The position numbers and the translations under genes were made by a program. 64,000 nt of DNA from Rhodanobacteraceae bacterium (GTDB lineage: Bacteria; Pseudomonadota; Gammaproteobacteria; Xanthomonadales; SZUA-5): positions 35,716 through 99,715 of the forward strand of contig JAYUUS010000124.1 in assembly GCA_043754435.1 (NCBI GenBank), written 5' to 3'. Under the pieces are notes generated by a model that saw only the letters and a list, made by a program, of their open reading frames with translations, was not told where the DNA came from and searched no databases. Of this stretch, positions 46,062-55,393 are shown in pieces. Each line of letters starts with the position of its first letter. Positions within the stretch are counted from its first letter, which is position 1.

Positions 46062-46595
46062 TCAATACACTTCAAAGTCGCCACGGCAGCCTCTTGAAAC
46101 CCATACGCCACGACGATCAAAGCCCCAGCTGTAGCCCTCGGTGCAGGCGGCGCGACTCACTTGATTGACCAATCGAACACGGCCTCTGAATGGCAATGCG
46201 CAATACGCCTGCTGCTGATCATAGCTCTCACAGCGAACTACCGTCTCAGCTGGCTGTTGCGGCGCATAGCCACCACCGCCTCGGCGCTGCGGTTGGCGCT
46301 GCACCACTGAAGCAAAATTGCCTCTGCAGCCTTGACTCACCCACAACCCACGTCGATCCACGCCCCAGCTCTGGCCTTCAACACACTGAGAGCGCGAAGT
46401 TTGCTCAACCAAAACAACATCGCCCTGAGTATCAATGTCGCAATAGGCCACGCGGCCTTTGTAGCTCTCACAAACAACTTCGTCGATGACGTCAACATCA
46501 TCGTCATTCCACGCTGCGGCATGACCACTAAAAAATATTGAAGCGCTGCTTATCAATAAAAGCAAAAACAGCTTGAAATTTGTGTGCGAAATCAT
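46062..46595 (-). CDS. Secreted DUF3011-like protein with two Cys-rich repeats
   Basis: ATG 46595 is preceded by AAGGAG, and a signal peptide MISHTNFKLFLLLLISSASIFFSGHAAA follows. There are two repeats of C-ESY...AYC...V.LV.Q.S...C.EG.SWG.DRRG.WVS.GCRG.F. Confidence 0.7.
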   Translation of the reverse strand: MISHTNFKLFLLLLISSASIFFSGHAAAWNDDDVDVIDEVVCESYKGRVAYCDIDTQGDVVLVEQTSRSQCVEGQSWGVDRRGLWVSQGCRGNFASVVQRQPQRRGGGGYAPQQPAETVVRCESYDQQQAYCALPFRGRVRLVNQVSRAACTEGYSWGFDRRGVWVSRGCRGDFEVY

Positions 46596-46945
46596 AGTGA
46601 AGTGCTCCTTTAATGGTCGAACGATTGCAGCATGATAATGAAACAACTTGGTATTGAATGCTTTGTCAGAACAAATCAACGGCACCAGTCTAAACTTGAA
46701 TACTGAACAAAAACGCGCCATTCACTTCCTGGAGCCTGAACAAACTAGAGGGCTGCCAACTTCGTTCATAAACATGCTCGGCTGAGCCGCAGCGAGGACG
46801 AAAAAAACTTGATGCGATGCAATTTTTTCCGGTCTGTACTGTGCCAAGCCGCTACCATGCTTGTTCTTAACGACAAGCTCGGTGCATAGTCGAATCCTAT
46901 CGCCACTCAACATAATAACGCTCATTGTATGAAAACCTACACCGC

Positions 46946-48835
46946 ATGAAACTTCTCTCACATTGGCGCCTTGCGACAACCATCGGCTTGAGCCTGGCGG
47001 CGGCAATTGTCATAGCCCTTCCTGCATTAAGCGTACTGAGATTTCCGCTTGGTGCAACCTTTTTTTCAGCGGCTGTTTTTGCACTGGCGCTTGCAATTGC
47101 CGCAATCATTTGGCTCTATAATTTTCAAAGAAACCATATTATTGCTGCGGGAAAAGACGCAAATTTCCTTATCAAAACGATTCCACTGATTTTTTTTACG
47201 CTTGATAAGCAAATGCAATTGAGTCGATTAAAATCGGCAGGATTCGAAACATTTTTTTATGGTAAAAATTTTGGCGCAGGAACTGATTTTGCTCAAATTA
47301 TTAGTTTTTTGACGGATGTTCAGTTACGTCAACAAGCGGGTGACTATGTCAAGTTGATGCTCGCGCAACGCCAAAGTACGGTCATCGGCAGCAATCCGCT
47401 GGAATGCGTTTCGGCACTGATGCTTAATAGCGACGGTCGCCCTGAACTACGTTATTTTAAGTTCGCTTTTAGCGATTATTTTGAAAAGGGTCATTTCGCT
47501 GGAATCTTCGTTGCGATCAATGACATCTCTGATCTCGTCAATGCCAATGCTCAAGTGCAAGCGTTGATGCAAAAATCCGAGCACAGCGCGCAGTCTAGCG
47601 TGGATTTAATGCTTCGACTGCTTAAGCTTGACCGAAAAACGCTGCAAGAAAAGCTGGGAAGTTTTGAAAACTTGCTCGATGAGGCTAACCTTGATCTAAA
47701 AGATAGTGGCCACAGCGGCGTGCGGTATCAAACCCTGGCTGATCGCGTGCATAAAAAGATCAAACTGCTGAAAAATGACGCAGCCACGCTTGGTTTAAGC
47801 GAACTCAGCACGAGCGCTGCAGAAATGGCGGCGGAACTTGAAACACTGGGACAGAAAACCGAGCTATCAGGCAATGATTTTTTCAGCGTAGCACTAAAGC
47901 TGGATGAACTTTACGATTGCCTCCATAAATTAAGTGCTCTGATTGGTCAGCTTCCCGAGGCCGCCCTAACTGCAACTGCACCAGCCTACACACCTCCGTA
48001 TAAGTCAGTCGCCGCAGAACTGCCGGAAATGGCGCAAACAGCAGCAGGCACCACAGAAAAATCAGCATCCTCTAGTGAAACGGACTTGACTGGCTATAGG
48101 CCTGCATCCACTGATACCCCGCCTTTAGTTGATACCCCGCCCTTAGTTGATACCCCGCCCTTAGTTGATACCACGCCTTTGGTTGATCCCATAGTTAATC
48201 ATGCAAAACCCACAGCAACAGCACCCAGTCCAAACGCAGCGCGTGGCGTCGCAAATGCCCCCTCACTGCGTTTTGAATTCGCCTTAATTCAACAAGCATG
48301 TATTAGAACTGCCGAAAAATTAGGCAAAAAGGTGGTCGTACGTGCCCAAAACCTTGTTGCTGAAGCGGTTCCTGGCCGTCTGAAACAACCCTTAACGGAA
48401 ATTTTGGTGCAACTGATTCGTAGTTCACTATCAAATGGACTGGAGCTGCCCGCTGTTCGAACTGCTGCCGGCAAAGACGAAACCGCGACCATAACTCTTA
48501 CGTGGACACAACTAGCTAATAACGGCTATGAGTTAGTTTTTCGTGATGATGGCTGTGGTTTAAATTTTGAAATGATCCGTGCGCGTGCACTGGCGCTAAA
48601 CCGCCTATCTGCTGCCCAGGCTGAAGTACTCGAATCGCGTCAGCTAGTCGGATTTATCTTTGAACCTGGATTTTCTACTGCGATAAAAACCGGCGATAAC
48701 GCAGGTTTTGGTGTCGGTTTAGACTTGGTCATGGCAGCGGTAAAGCGAGCAGGCGGAAAAATCTCGGTGGGTACGCAGCCTGGACTCTACACCCAGTTTC
48801 GCGTCAGCTTCCCCGATTTAAAGGAACTCAGCTAA
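46946..48835 (+). CDS. Membrane-anchored Hpt + HATPase_c (CheA-core-like) protein, atypical
   Basis: The probable start is ATG 46946. Domains in order: two N-terminal TM helices; a cytoplasmic region of about 200 aa; an Hpt-like helix pair (...DRVHKKIKLLKNDAATLGLSELSTSAAEMAAELETL...); a Pro/Thr repeat linker; then an ATPase with G1 RDDGCGL and G2 GFGVGLDLV and a CheA-like FEPGFST. I see no DHp H-box, no CheW-like domain and no receiver domain. Confidence 0.6.
   Translation: MKLLSHWRLATTIGLSLAAAIVIALPALSVLRFPLGATFFSAAVFALALAIAAIIWLYNFQRNHIIAAGKDANFLIKTIPLIFFTLDKQMQLSRLKSAGFETFFYGKNFGAGTDFAQIISFLTDVQLRQQAGDYVKLMLAQRQSTVIGSNPLECVSALMLNSDGRPELRYFKFAFSDYFEKGHFAGIFVAINDISDLVNANAQVQALMQKSEHSAQSSVDLMLRLLKLDRKTLQEKLGSFENLLDEANLDLKDSGHSGVRYQTLADRVHKKIKLLKNDAATLGLSELSTSAAEMAAELETLGQKTELSGNDFFSVALKLDELYDCLHKLSALIGQLPEAALTATAPAYTPPYKSVAAELPEMAQTAAGTTEKSASSSETDLTGYRPASTDTPPLVDTPPLVDTPPLVDTTPLVDPIVNHAKPTATAPSPNAARGVANAPSLRFEFALIQQACIRTAEKLGKKVVVRAQNLVAEAVPGRLKQPLTEILVQLIRSSLSNGLELPAVRTAAGKDETATITLTWTQLANNGYELVFRDDGCGLNFEMIRARALALNRLSAAQAEVLESRQLVGFIFEPGFSTAIKTGDNAGFGVGLDLVMAAVKRAGGKISVGTQPGLYTQFRVSFPDLKELS
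48113..48184 (+). repeat. Coding tandem repeat, 4 x 18 bp (DTPPLV)n
   Basis: The four units are gataccccgcctttagtt, gataccccgcccttagtt, gataccccgcccttagtt and gataccacgcctttggtt, followed by a partial gatccc. The repeat lies within the linker of the 46946-48835 gene. Confidence 0.9.
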
Positions 48836-48923
48836 ATGCCTGCGTTAAAGAGAGTAGGTTCTATGCCACGCAAGCGCTGGCAACCCAGTTCGTGAAAGCG
48901 CAATGCCGAAAACGTTTAAAGTG

Positions 48924-48951
48924 GGAACTTTTCCATCAGTCCCCACTCAAC
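48924..48951 (+). promoter_or_regulatory. Candidate sigma-E (ECF) dependent promoter of rpoE
   Basis: GGAACTT (48924-48930), a 16-nt spacer, then TCAAC (47-51). This is a close match to the GGAACTT-N16-TCAAA/TCTGA autoregulated rpoE/algU promoter type. Confidence 0.6.
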
Positions 48952-49132
48952 GGCGCTAACTTCTATTGGCGATCCTCTTATGGCTTACGCACAGCTTACG
49001 CTATCGAATCCAGCACCTCCTCCGCCTATGCCCAATCCGAGCACTCTCTATGCGCTTAGCTCTACAGCTAAACCGCCGGCAGCGCAGGCTGCTGAATTGC
49101 AGGCTGCGTCTTCAGCCCTTGGAAGTGATTGG

Positions 49133-49714
49133 ATGACTGAAGCAGACCTTGATGTGTTGCTTGTGCAGCGGGCGCAAGCGGGCGAAATGAAAGCGTTCGA
49201 TTTGCTGATCCGCCGCTATCAGTCCAAGGTCATTGCCGCTATCGGGCGGCTCGTGCGGGATCGCACGGAGTGCGAAGATATTGCCCAAGAAGTGTTTTTA
49301 CGCGTCTATAAAAACCTCAACGGTTTTCGCGGTGAAAGTTCTTTCTACACGTGGATATATCGAATTTCATTAAACACCGCGAAAAATTTCTTGGCGTCAA
49401 ATAATCGGAAAATTAGCACATCTGGCTTAGAGCTTGATGTTGCGGATCAAATTCAAGATCCTGCAAGCCTGCGTGACCGCGCCACGCCAGAACGGGAATT
49501 CTTACGCGAAGAAATTCAGCGCGCGGTCGTCGAAAGTATGGCAGCACTGCCCCCGGATATTCGCTTGGCCCTGCATTTACGAGAACTTGAGGGCTTAAGC
49601 TATGAGAAAATCGCCGCACAAATGGATTGCCCGATTGGCACCGTACGCTCCAGAATTTTCCGTGCGCGTGAAGCGGTGGATAAACGCATCCGCCCTATGC
49701 TTGAGCAACACTAG
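49133..49714 (+). CDS. rpoE: ECF sigma factor RpoE/AlgU (sigma-24)
   Basis: Starting at ATG 49133 gives 193 aa (MTEADLDVLLVQRAQAGEMKAFDLLIRRYQSKV...), collinear with RpoE/AlgU. Region 2 (FRGESSFYTWIYRI) and region 4 (LRELEGLSYEKIAAQMDCPIGTVRSRIFRAREA) are present. The track start at 48980 adds a Pro/Ala-rich 51 aa with no RBS. Confidence 0.9.
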   Translation: MTEADLDVLLVQRAQAGEMKAFDLLIRRYQSKVIAAIGRLVRDRTECEDIAQEVFLRVYKNLNGFRGESSFYTWIYRISLNTAKNFLASNNRKISTSGLELDVADQIQDPASLRDRATPEREFLREEIQRAVVESMAALPPDIRLALHLRELEGLSYEKIAAQMDCPIGTVRSRIFRAREAVDKRIRPMLEQH

Positions 49715-49792
49715 TCGAAATAACAATGAAAACGATTTGCCTAACCCTCAAAGAAACTCAGTTTCTCATTATGCCGATCAGAGATACCTGCC

Positions 49793-50467
49793 ATGATTAA
49801 CGACAACCATTCAAATTCGCCGGAAGTATCAGAGTCGCTAAGGGAAAGCCTGTCAGCGCTGCTGGATGGTGAGCTAAACGCAACGGAATCAGCATTTTTA
49901 ATTAAGCGTATGGCGCACGACGCTGGACTTCATGCGCAATGGCAACGCTTTCAAGGCATTGGTGAAGTGCTGCGTGGGCAGGCGCAAATACTAGAGAACG
50001 ATCATTTCAGCGCCCGGGTTTTGAGCCGGATTGCACTTGCTGAGGCAGAATCAGCGAATGTGGCCCAAGCGTTTTCTGAGCCACTAATCACTGCAACAAA
50101 GCATAAATTCAACCGCCAAATGCTTCAGCGCTTTGGCGCGGGCATAGCCCTTGCGGCCGCAGTAGCCTGGGCCGCTTTACTGTTACCACAGCGCTATCAA
50201 GCTGATCTAGAGCCCCAGCGTGTCGCACAAACCGAAGCGCCATTTACCCTGGCAAGCCCGGTGGTCAGCATGCGCACAGTATCGGGTCACATTGGCGGTG
50301 AAGTGATGTCTGGCGCGGATCAAAACAACGCTTTGCTTGCGCAATCAATGGACGCTTTTTTATTAGAGCATGTACAACGTTCGCCCGTTTCGCCGATTTC
50401 TGATGCGGTGTATTTGCAAAATGTCGCACTCAGCGGCACAACAGAAATGCGCTTGGTACCTCAATGA
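49793..50467 (+). CDS. rseA: Anti-sigma-E factor (RseA/MucA-like)
   Basis: 224 aa. The N-terminal ...ESLSALLDGELNATE....AQWQRFQGIGEVLRG is the RseA_N pattern. A central TM (GAGIALAAAVAWAALLL) follows, and the position after rpoE fits. Confidence 0.8.
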   Translation: MINDNHSNSPEVSESLRESLSALLDGELNATESAFLIKRMAHDAGLHAQWQRFQGIGEVLRGQAQILENDHFSARVLSRIALAEAESANVAQAFSEPLITATKHKFNRQMLQRFGAGIALAAAVAWAALLLPQRYQADLEPQRVAQTEAPFTLASPVVSMRTVSGHIGGEVMSGADQNNALLAQSMDAFLLEHVQRSPVSPISDAVYLQNVALSGTTEMRLVPQ

Positions 50468-51318
50468 TGCGAGCGCTATTACCGGCCCTGTGCGGCTTTT
50501 TCATGTTACCGAGTTTATTGATGGCGCAAACACCAAGCGCCTCGGCCAACCGCGACACCTTGTTACAACGCTTTGTTGCACCCAAGCCAATGAGTTACCG
50601 CGCCGAGATCATTTTTGGGTCAAGTGATGCAAGCGCTGGCTTAACCATGCGTATTTTAGAAGTGCAAAATGGCCTGCTAACTTCCTCCCCTCCAGTACCG
50701 GGTGCACAATTTGCGATTTCTGATCAAACTAAAGCAATCGCTGCTTTGCTGAGTAATTATCAGGCGCAGTGGCAAGAAATTGCCGCGAATACAAAACTGG
50801 CAGACACAAGGCTTGCGGATCGCCCCATACAACAGCTCAAGTTGCTGCCTAGAGATGGCTGGCGCTATACCCGCGTGCTCTGGTTAGACGAACAAACAGG
50901 GATGCCACTGAAAACAGAAATCTATCGGAAAAATGAGCTTATTGAACGCGTTCAAGTAAAAAACATCCATTTTTTAGAGGCTGGTATTGACAGAACTCCA
51001 GGCGAAACGCCAAAAACGGAGCCAGCACCCGAAATTTCAACGCATTCAATGTTTTATGTGCGCAATGTACCGGCAGGGTTTGTGTTGACTTTGGTTTTTA
51101 GCGACGCCGTGCATGTGCAACAAATCTATAGTGATGGTGTAGCGCGCGTGAGCGTCTTCGTCCAGTCTTTAGGCGCGCTTCCTGCGGCTGGCTATACCCA
51201 ACGTGGCAGCACCGGCTTTGTCGTACGTAGAAGCGGCAACGTTGATTTGGTAGCGGTTGGCGATGTGCCGCAAGCGACGCTTGAGCGCTTTTTAAGCGGC
51301 GTAGACGCTGTCCAATAA
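50464..51318 (+). CDS. rseB: Sigma-E regulatory protein RseB/MucB
   Basis: 284 aa with a signal peptide. Its start overlaps the rseA stop (ATGA). Its length and position fit MucB/RseB. Confidence 0.75.
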   Translation: MMRALLPALCGFFMLPSLLMAQTPSASANRDTLLQRFVAPKPMSYRAEIIFGSSDASAGLTMRILEVQNGLLTSSPPVPGAQFAISDQTKAIAALLSNYQAQWQEIAANTKLADTRLADRPIQQLKLLPRDGWRYTRVLWLDEQTGMPLKTEIYRKNELIERVQVKNIHFLEAGIDRTPGETPKTEPAPEISTHSMFYVRNVPAGFVLTLVFSDAVHVQQIYSDGVARVSVFVQSLGALPAAGYTQRGSTGFVVRRSGNVDLVAVGDVPQATLERFLSGVDAVQ

Positions 51319-51507
51319 TAAACTTAATTCTTAAACCTTAGCCTTCGTGATTTGCTTTATTGACTGTTTGACTTAAACGTTCCGGGCTATGATCGCAGGC
51401 TACTCGGGCCTAGTAAGGCCTACTTAAGTTTACGCACACGGGCTCATGCTTTCTGCCAGCCAGGCGTTCGCTTTGCGCCGGATAATTGGCTTAGTAAAAA
51501 AGGTTCA

Positions 51508-53298
51508 ATGAAAAACATACGGAATTTTTCCATTATTGCGCACGTTGATCACGGAAAATCGACGTTATCAGACCGCTTTATCCAATTTTGCGGCGGCTTA
51601 AGCAATCGTGAAATGAGCGAGCAAGTGCTCGACAATATGGACATTGAGCGCGAGCGCGGCATTACGATCAAAGCCCAAAGCGTCTCACTTGACTATCTTG
51701 CGCTGGACGGCGAAACCTATCATTTGAATTTTATTGATACGCCTGGGCACGTTGATTTTTCCTACGAAGTCAGCCGCTCCTTATCTGCTTGCGAAGGCGC
51801 GTTGCTGGTGGTTGATGCCGCGCAAGGTGTAGAAGCCCAAAGCGTTGCCAACTGCTATACCGCTGTCGAGATGGGTTTAGAAGTCGTACCCGTGCTGAAT
51901 AAAATAGATTTGCCCACCGCCGACCCAGACCGAGTGCGCCAAGAAATTGAAGACGTGATCGGCATTGACGCCACGGACGCCGTCGAAGTCAGCGCCAAGA
52001 CTGGCCTTAATATCCGTGAAGCTTTGGAAGCGTTGGTCAAGCGCATCCCCGCACCGACCCAGCCACCGGGTGACGAAGTCAAAGCACTGATTATCGACTC
52101 CTGGTTCGACAACTATCTAGGCGTCGTGTCGCTGGTTCGCGTGATGCAGGGCGTCTTTAAGAAAGGCGACAAAATTTTAGTGATGTCTACGGGGCGCACG
52201 CATCAAATTGAAGAAATGGGTGTATTTACGCCCAAGCGGGTTTTGCGGGATCGTCTGAGCGCCGGGCAAGTCGGCTTTATTTGCGCGTCCATTAAAGAAG
52301 TTCACGGTGCGCCCGTAGGCGACACGCTAACGCTTGCCAGCAAACCCGCCGCCGAACCGCTCCCAGGCTTTCAGAAAATCAAACCCCGCGTGTTTGCCGG
52401 CATGTTTCCCGTCAACGGCGAGGATTACCCGGCGCAACGCGAGGCCCTAGAAAAACTCAAGCTCAATGATTCCTCGATCACTTTTGAGCCAGAAAGTTCA
52501 GAGGCTATGGGCTTTGGCTTTCGCATCGGCTTTCTGGGCTTGCTGCACATGGAAATTGTGCAAGAGCGCTTGGAGCGTGAGTACGACCTAGATTTGGTCA
52601 CCACCGCGCCGACCGTGATCTATCAGCTTGAATTGACCGACGGCAGCATTGTCGAGCTGGATAACCCCGCAAAACTACCGGCCGGGCACTTGGTCGCAGA
52701 AATTCGCGAACCCATCATCACTGCGAACATTTTGGTACCACCCGACTATCTAGGTTCGGTTATCAAGCTATGCGAAGAAAAGCGTGGCACTCAAAAGAGC
52801 TTAAATTTTTTGGGCACCCAGGTTGCGGTGGTTTATGAGTTGCCGCTTTCAGAAGTGGTTATGGACTTTTTCGACAAACTGAAAAGCGTTTCACGCGGTT
52901 ACGCCAGCTTTGACTACACCTTTAATCGCTTTGAAGCGGGGCCTTTCGTGCGCGTTGACGTATTAATCAACGGTGATCGGGTCGATGCCCTCAGCCTGAT
53001 TACGCACCGGGGTGTTGCGGATCGTCGCGGACGTGATCTGGTAGAAAAATTACGTGAACTGGTGCCGCGCCAAATGTTCGACGTGGCGATTCAGGCGGCT
53101 ATTGGCGCACAAATCATCGCGCGTTCAACAGTGAAGGCAATGCGGAAAAACGTGCTGGCAAAATGCTACGGCGGTGACGCGACACGTAAGAAGAAACTGC
53201 TAGAGAAGCAAAAAGAAGGTAAAAAACGCATGAAACAAGTTGGTAATGTTGAAATACCTCAAGAAGCGTTCCTTGCCGTACTCAAACTAGATCGCTAA
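51508..53298 (+). CDS. lepA: Translation elongation factor 4 (LepA)
   Basis: 596 aa with [28 protein letters not shown] and the LepA-specific C-terminal domain (...[25 protein letters not shown]...). Confidence 0.97.
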   Translation: MKNIRNFSIIAHVDHGKSTLSDRFIQFCGGLSNREMSEQVLDNMDIERERGITIKAQSVSLDYLALDGETYHLNFIDTPGHVDFSYEVSRSLSACEGALLVVDAAQGVEAQSVANCYTAVEMGLEVVPVLNKIDLPTADPDRVRQEIEDVIGIDATDAVEVSAKTGLNIREALEALVKRIPAPTQPPGDEVKALIIDSWFDNYLGVVSLVRVMQGVFKKGDKILVMSTGRTHQIEEMGVFTPKRVLRDRLSAGQVGFICASIKEVHGAPVGDTLTLASKPAAEPLPGFQKIKPRVFAGMFPVNGEDYPAQREALEKLKLNDSSITFEPESSEAMGFGFRIGFLGLLHMEIVQERLEREYDLDLVTTAPTVIYQLELTDGSIVELDNPAKLPAGHLVAEIREPIITANILVPPDYLGSVIKLCEEKRGTQKSLNFLGTQVAVVYELPLSEVVMDFFDKLKSVSRGYASFDYTFNRFEAGPFVRVDVLINGDRVDALSLITHRGVADRRGRDLVEKLRELVPRQMFDVAIQAAIGAQIIARSTVKAMRKNVLAKCYGGDATRKKKLLEKQKEGKKRMKQVGNVEIPQEAFLAVLKLDR

Positions 53299-53367
53299 TT
53301 CAAGCAAACGGGTTTCGCGCAAATAGCCGCGCTACTCTAAAAGTTAAGTCCAACGTGGTTAAAAATT

Positions 53368-54225
53368 ATGAATGTTGATTTCCCCCTGATTCTTACCGTT
53401 TTAGCACTATTTTCTGGCTTGATTTGGCTGGTCGATGCGCTCTTTTTTGCGCGCGCCCGACGTGCAAGAAACGCGGCCGTTGCCGAAGGCGAACTGCCGG
53501 AGAAGGAATCATGGCTGACTGAGCAGGCCAAGGCGTTTTTTCCAGTATTAATGATTGTTTTATTAGTGCGATCGTTCTGGTTCGAGCCCTTTCAGATTCC
53601 TAGCGGTTCTATGATGCCAACGCTGTTGGTTGGGGATTTTATTGTCGTCAACAAGTATGCCTATGGCTTACGCTTGCCCGTAACCAATCAGAAAATTCTC
53701 AACTTAGGTGAACCCAAGCGTGGTGACGTTGTGATCTTTAGACGGCCAGCGCGCCAGGCTGAATTTGATAGCCCGATGTCAGCCGATCAACGCGTTAAGG
53801 ACTTGGCGATTGTGGGGGCGACTTTTATCAAACGCTGTGTCGGCCTGCCTGGCGATACGATTAGCTACCAAAACCATGAGTTCCGAGTTAATGGCGAATT
53901 GATTGTGCACACGCCAATTGGCAACTACATCACCGATGCTTCGAGTGAAGCGCCCACTGAAGCGATCCTGCAAAGTGAAAACCTGCTGGGCGTCACCCAT
54001 CAAACGCTGACTACGCCCTATGGACAGCTCAATGGCCAGTGGACTGTGCCTGCGGGGCACTATTTGATGATGGGTGATAACCGCGACGGTAGTTCAGATA
54101 GTCGCGATTGGGGCTTTGTGCCTGAAGAAAATTTGATGGGCCGCGCCAGTTTTATTTGGATGCACTGGGATTGGAAGCGCAAAGGCGTCGTCGCTTGGAA
54201 TAGAATCGGCACCACAGTACATTAA
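53368..54225 (+). CDS. lepB: Signal peptidase I
   Basis: 285 aa with the catalytic Ser box IPSGSMMPTL, the Lys box IKRCVGLPGD and GDNRDGSSDSR. Confidence 0.95.
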   Translation: MNVDFPLILTVLALFSGLIWLVDALFFARARRARNAAVAEGELPEKESWLTEQAKAFFPVLMIVLLVRSFWFEPFQIPSGSMMPTLLVGDFIVVNKYAYGLRLPVTNQKILNLGEPKRGDVVIFRRPARQAEFDSPMSADQRVKDLAIVGATFIKRCVGLPGDTISYQNHEFRVNGELIVHTPIGNYITDASSEAPTEAILQSENLLGVTHQTLTTPYGQLNGQWTVPAGHYLMMGDNRDGSSDSRDWGFVPEENLMGRASFIWMHWDWKRKGVVAWNRIGTTVH

Positions 54226-54244
54226 CGCAAACTAGGAGCAGTGT

Positions 54245-54619
54245 ATGAAAGTTACAGCGCAACGCGGTATTACTTTAATGGGTTTTTTGGTGGTGCTTGT
54301 GGTGGTGAGCTTTTTTTTCATCATCGGCGCAAAGCTCTTTCCGGCGTATTCCGAATTCAACTCAGTCAAAACGATTATGAATGAAATGGCGCTTGAACCA
54401 AATGCCGCGAACTTTACTATCACGCAGGCTTGGGGTTCGATGGAACGTCGCTTTAATATTAGCTATGTAGAAACGCCCACGCGCGCTTGCCTTACCCTGG
54501 ATCGTAAAGCGGGCGCAAATTTGACCTGCACCTATGAATACCGCACTGGCTTTATTTACAACATTGATTTTGTTGTTAAATTCAGTCACACCGTGAAAAT
54601 GGGCGGCGCGCCTAGTTAA
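54245..54619 (+). CDS. DUF4845 domain protein
   Basis: 124 aa beginning MKVTAQRGITLMGFLVVLVVVSFFFIIGAKLFPAY (pilin-like TM). Its position between lepB and rnc is conserved for this family. Confidence 0.7.
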   Translation: MKVTAQRGITLMGFLVVLVVVSFFFIIGAKLFPAYSEFNSVKTIMNEMALEPNAANFTITQAWGSMERRFNISYVETPTRACLTLDRKAGANLTCTYEYRTGFIYNIDFVVKFSHTVKMGGAPS

Positions 54620-54621
54620 GT

Positions 54622-55359
54622 TTGAACGTGGCTAAGTTCGAGCGCACGCTTAGCCAACTGGGCGTCGCTATACCAACGGCTGCAAATCTTCGCATGGCGC
54701 TGACGCATCGCAGCGCCGGTAAAGTCAATTATGAGCGCATGGAGTTTTTGGGCGACTCACTGGTGAATATGGTGTGCGCAGAGCTGCTGTTTAAAACTGA
54801 AACCAGCGCTTCTGAGGGCGAACTCACTCGATTACGCTCGAATTTAGTGGATGAAGCCTCGCTCGCCGCCTTTGCCCGCAGCCTCAAACTGGGGGACTTT
54901 TTGGTTTTAGGCGGTGGCGAGCTAAAAAGCGGTGGCCATCGGCGTGATTCCATTTTGGCGGATACCTTTGAGGCGTTGTGCGCCGCAATTTATCTCGATC
55001 ACGGCCTAGCTGCGATGCGCGTCTTGCTTGAACCGTTGCTGCTAGCCGCGCTGCCGGTTGCCTTAGAAAAAGCGCAAAGCAAGGACGGCAAAACGCAACT
55101 GCAGGAATGGTTACAAGACAAAGGCCGCGTGCTACCGATTTATACACTGCTAGAAACTTTTGGGTTGGAACATAACCGTGAATTTCTTGTGCGATGCAAC
55201 ATTAGCGCAACCGAGAAATTTCAGGCGATGGAAAGCAGCGGCCGTGGCAGCAGCTTGCGGCGCGCCGAACAAGCAGCAGCGACTTCGATGTTGCAAACGC
55301 TAAAACACAGTTTGCCCCCAAGTGTGATCCCCAATGTATTGGGTCGCAAAAAAATATGA
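54622..55359 (+). CDS. rnc: Ribonuclease III
   Basis: It has the signature ERMEFLGDS, ...DTFEALCAAIYLD... and a C-terminal dsRBD. The start is TTG 54622 or GTG 54628. Confidence 0.93.
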   Translation: MNVAKFERTLSQLGVAIPTAANLRMALTHRSAGKVNYERMEFLGDSLVNMVCAELLFKTETSASEGELTRLRSNLVDEASLAAFARSLKLGDFLVLGGGELKSGGHRRDSILADTFEALCAAIYLDHGLAAMRVLLEPLLLAALPVALEKAQSKDGKTQLQEWLQDKGRVLPIYTLLETFGLEHNREFLVRCNISATEKFQAMESSGRGSSLRRAEQAAATSMLQTLKHSLPPSVIPNVLGRKKI

Positions 55360-55393
55360 CCCACCCCCATTTTTCCCGGAAATAAATAAAACT

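Noticed and set aside
48980-49132. A 51-codon N-terminal extension of rpoE suggested by the ORF track.
   Set aside because: It is Pro/Ala-rich with no RBS and is not part of the RpoE/AlgU fold. ATG 49133 gives a collinear 193-aa protein.
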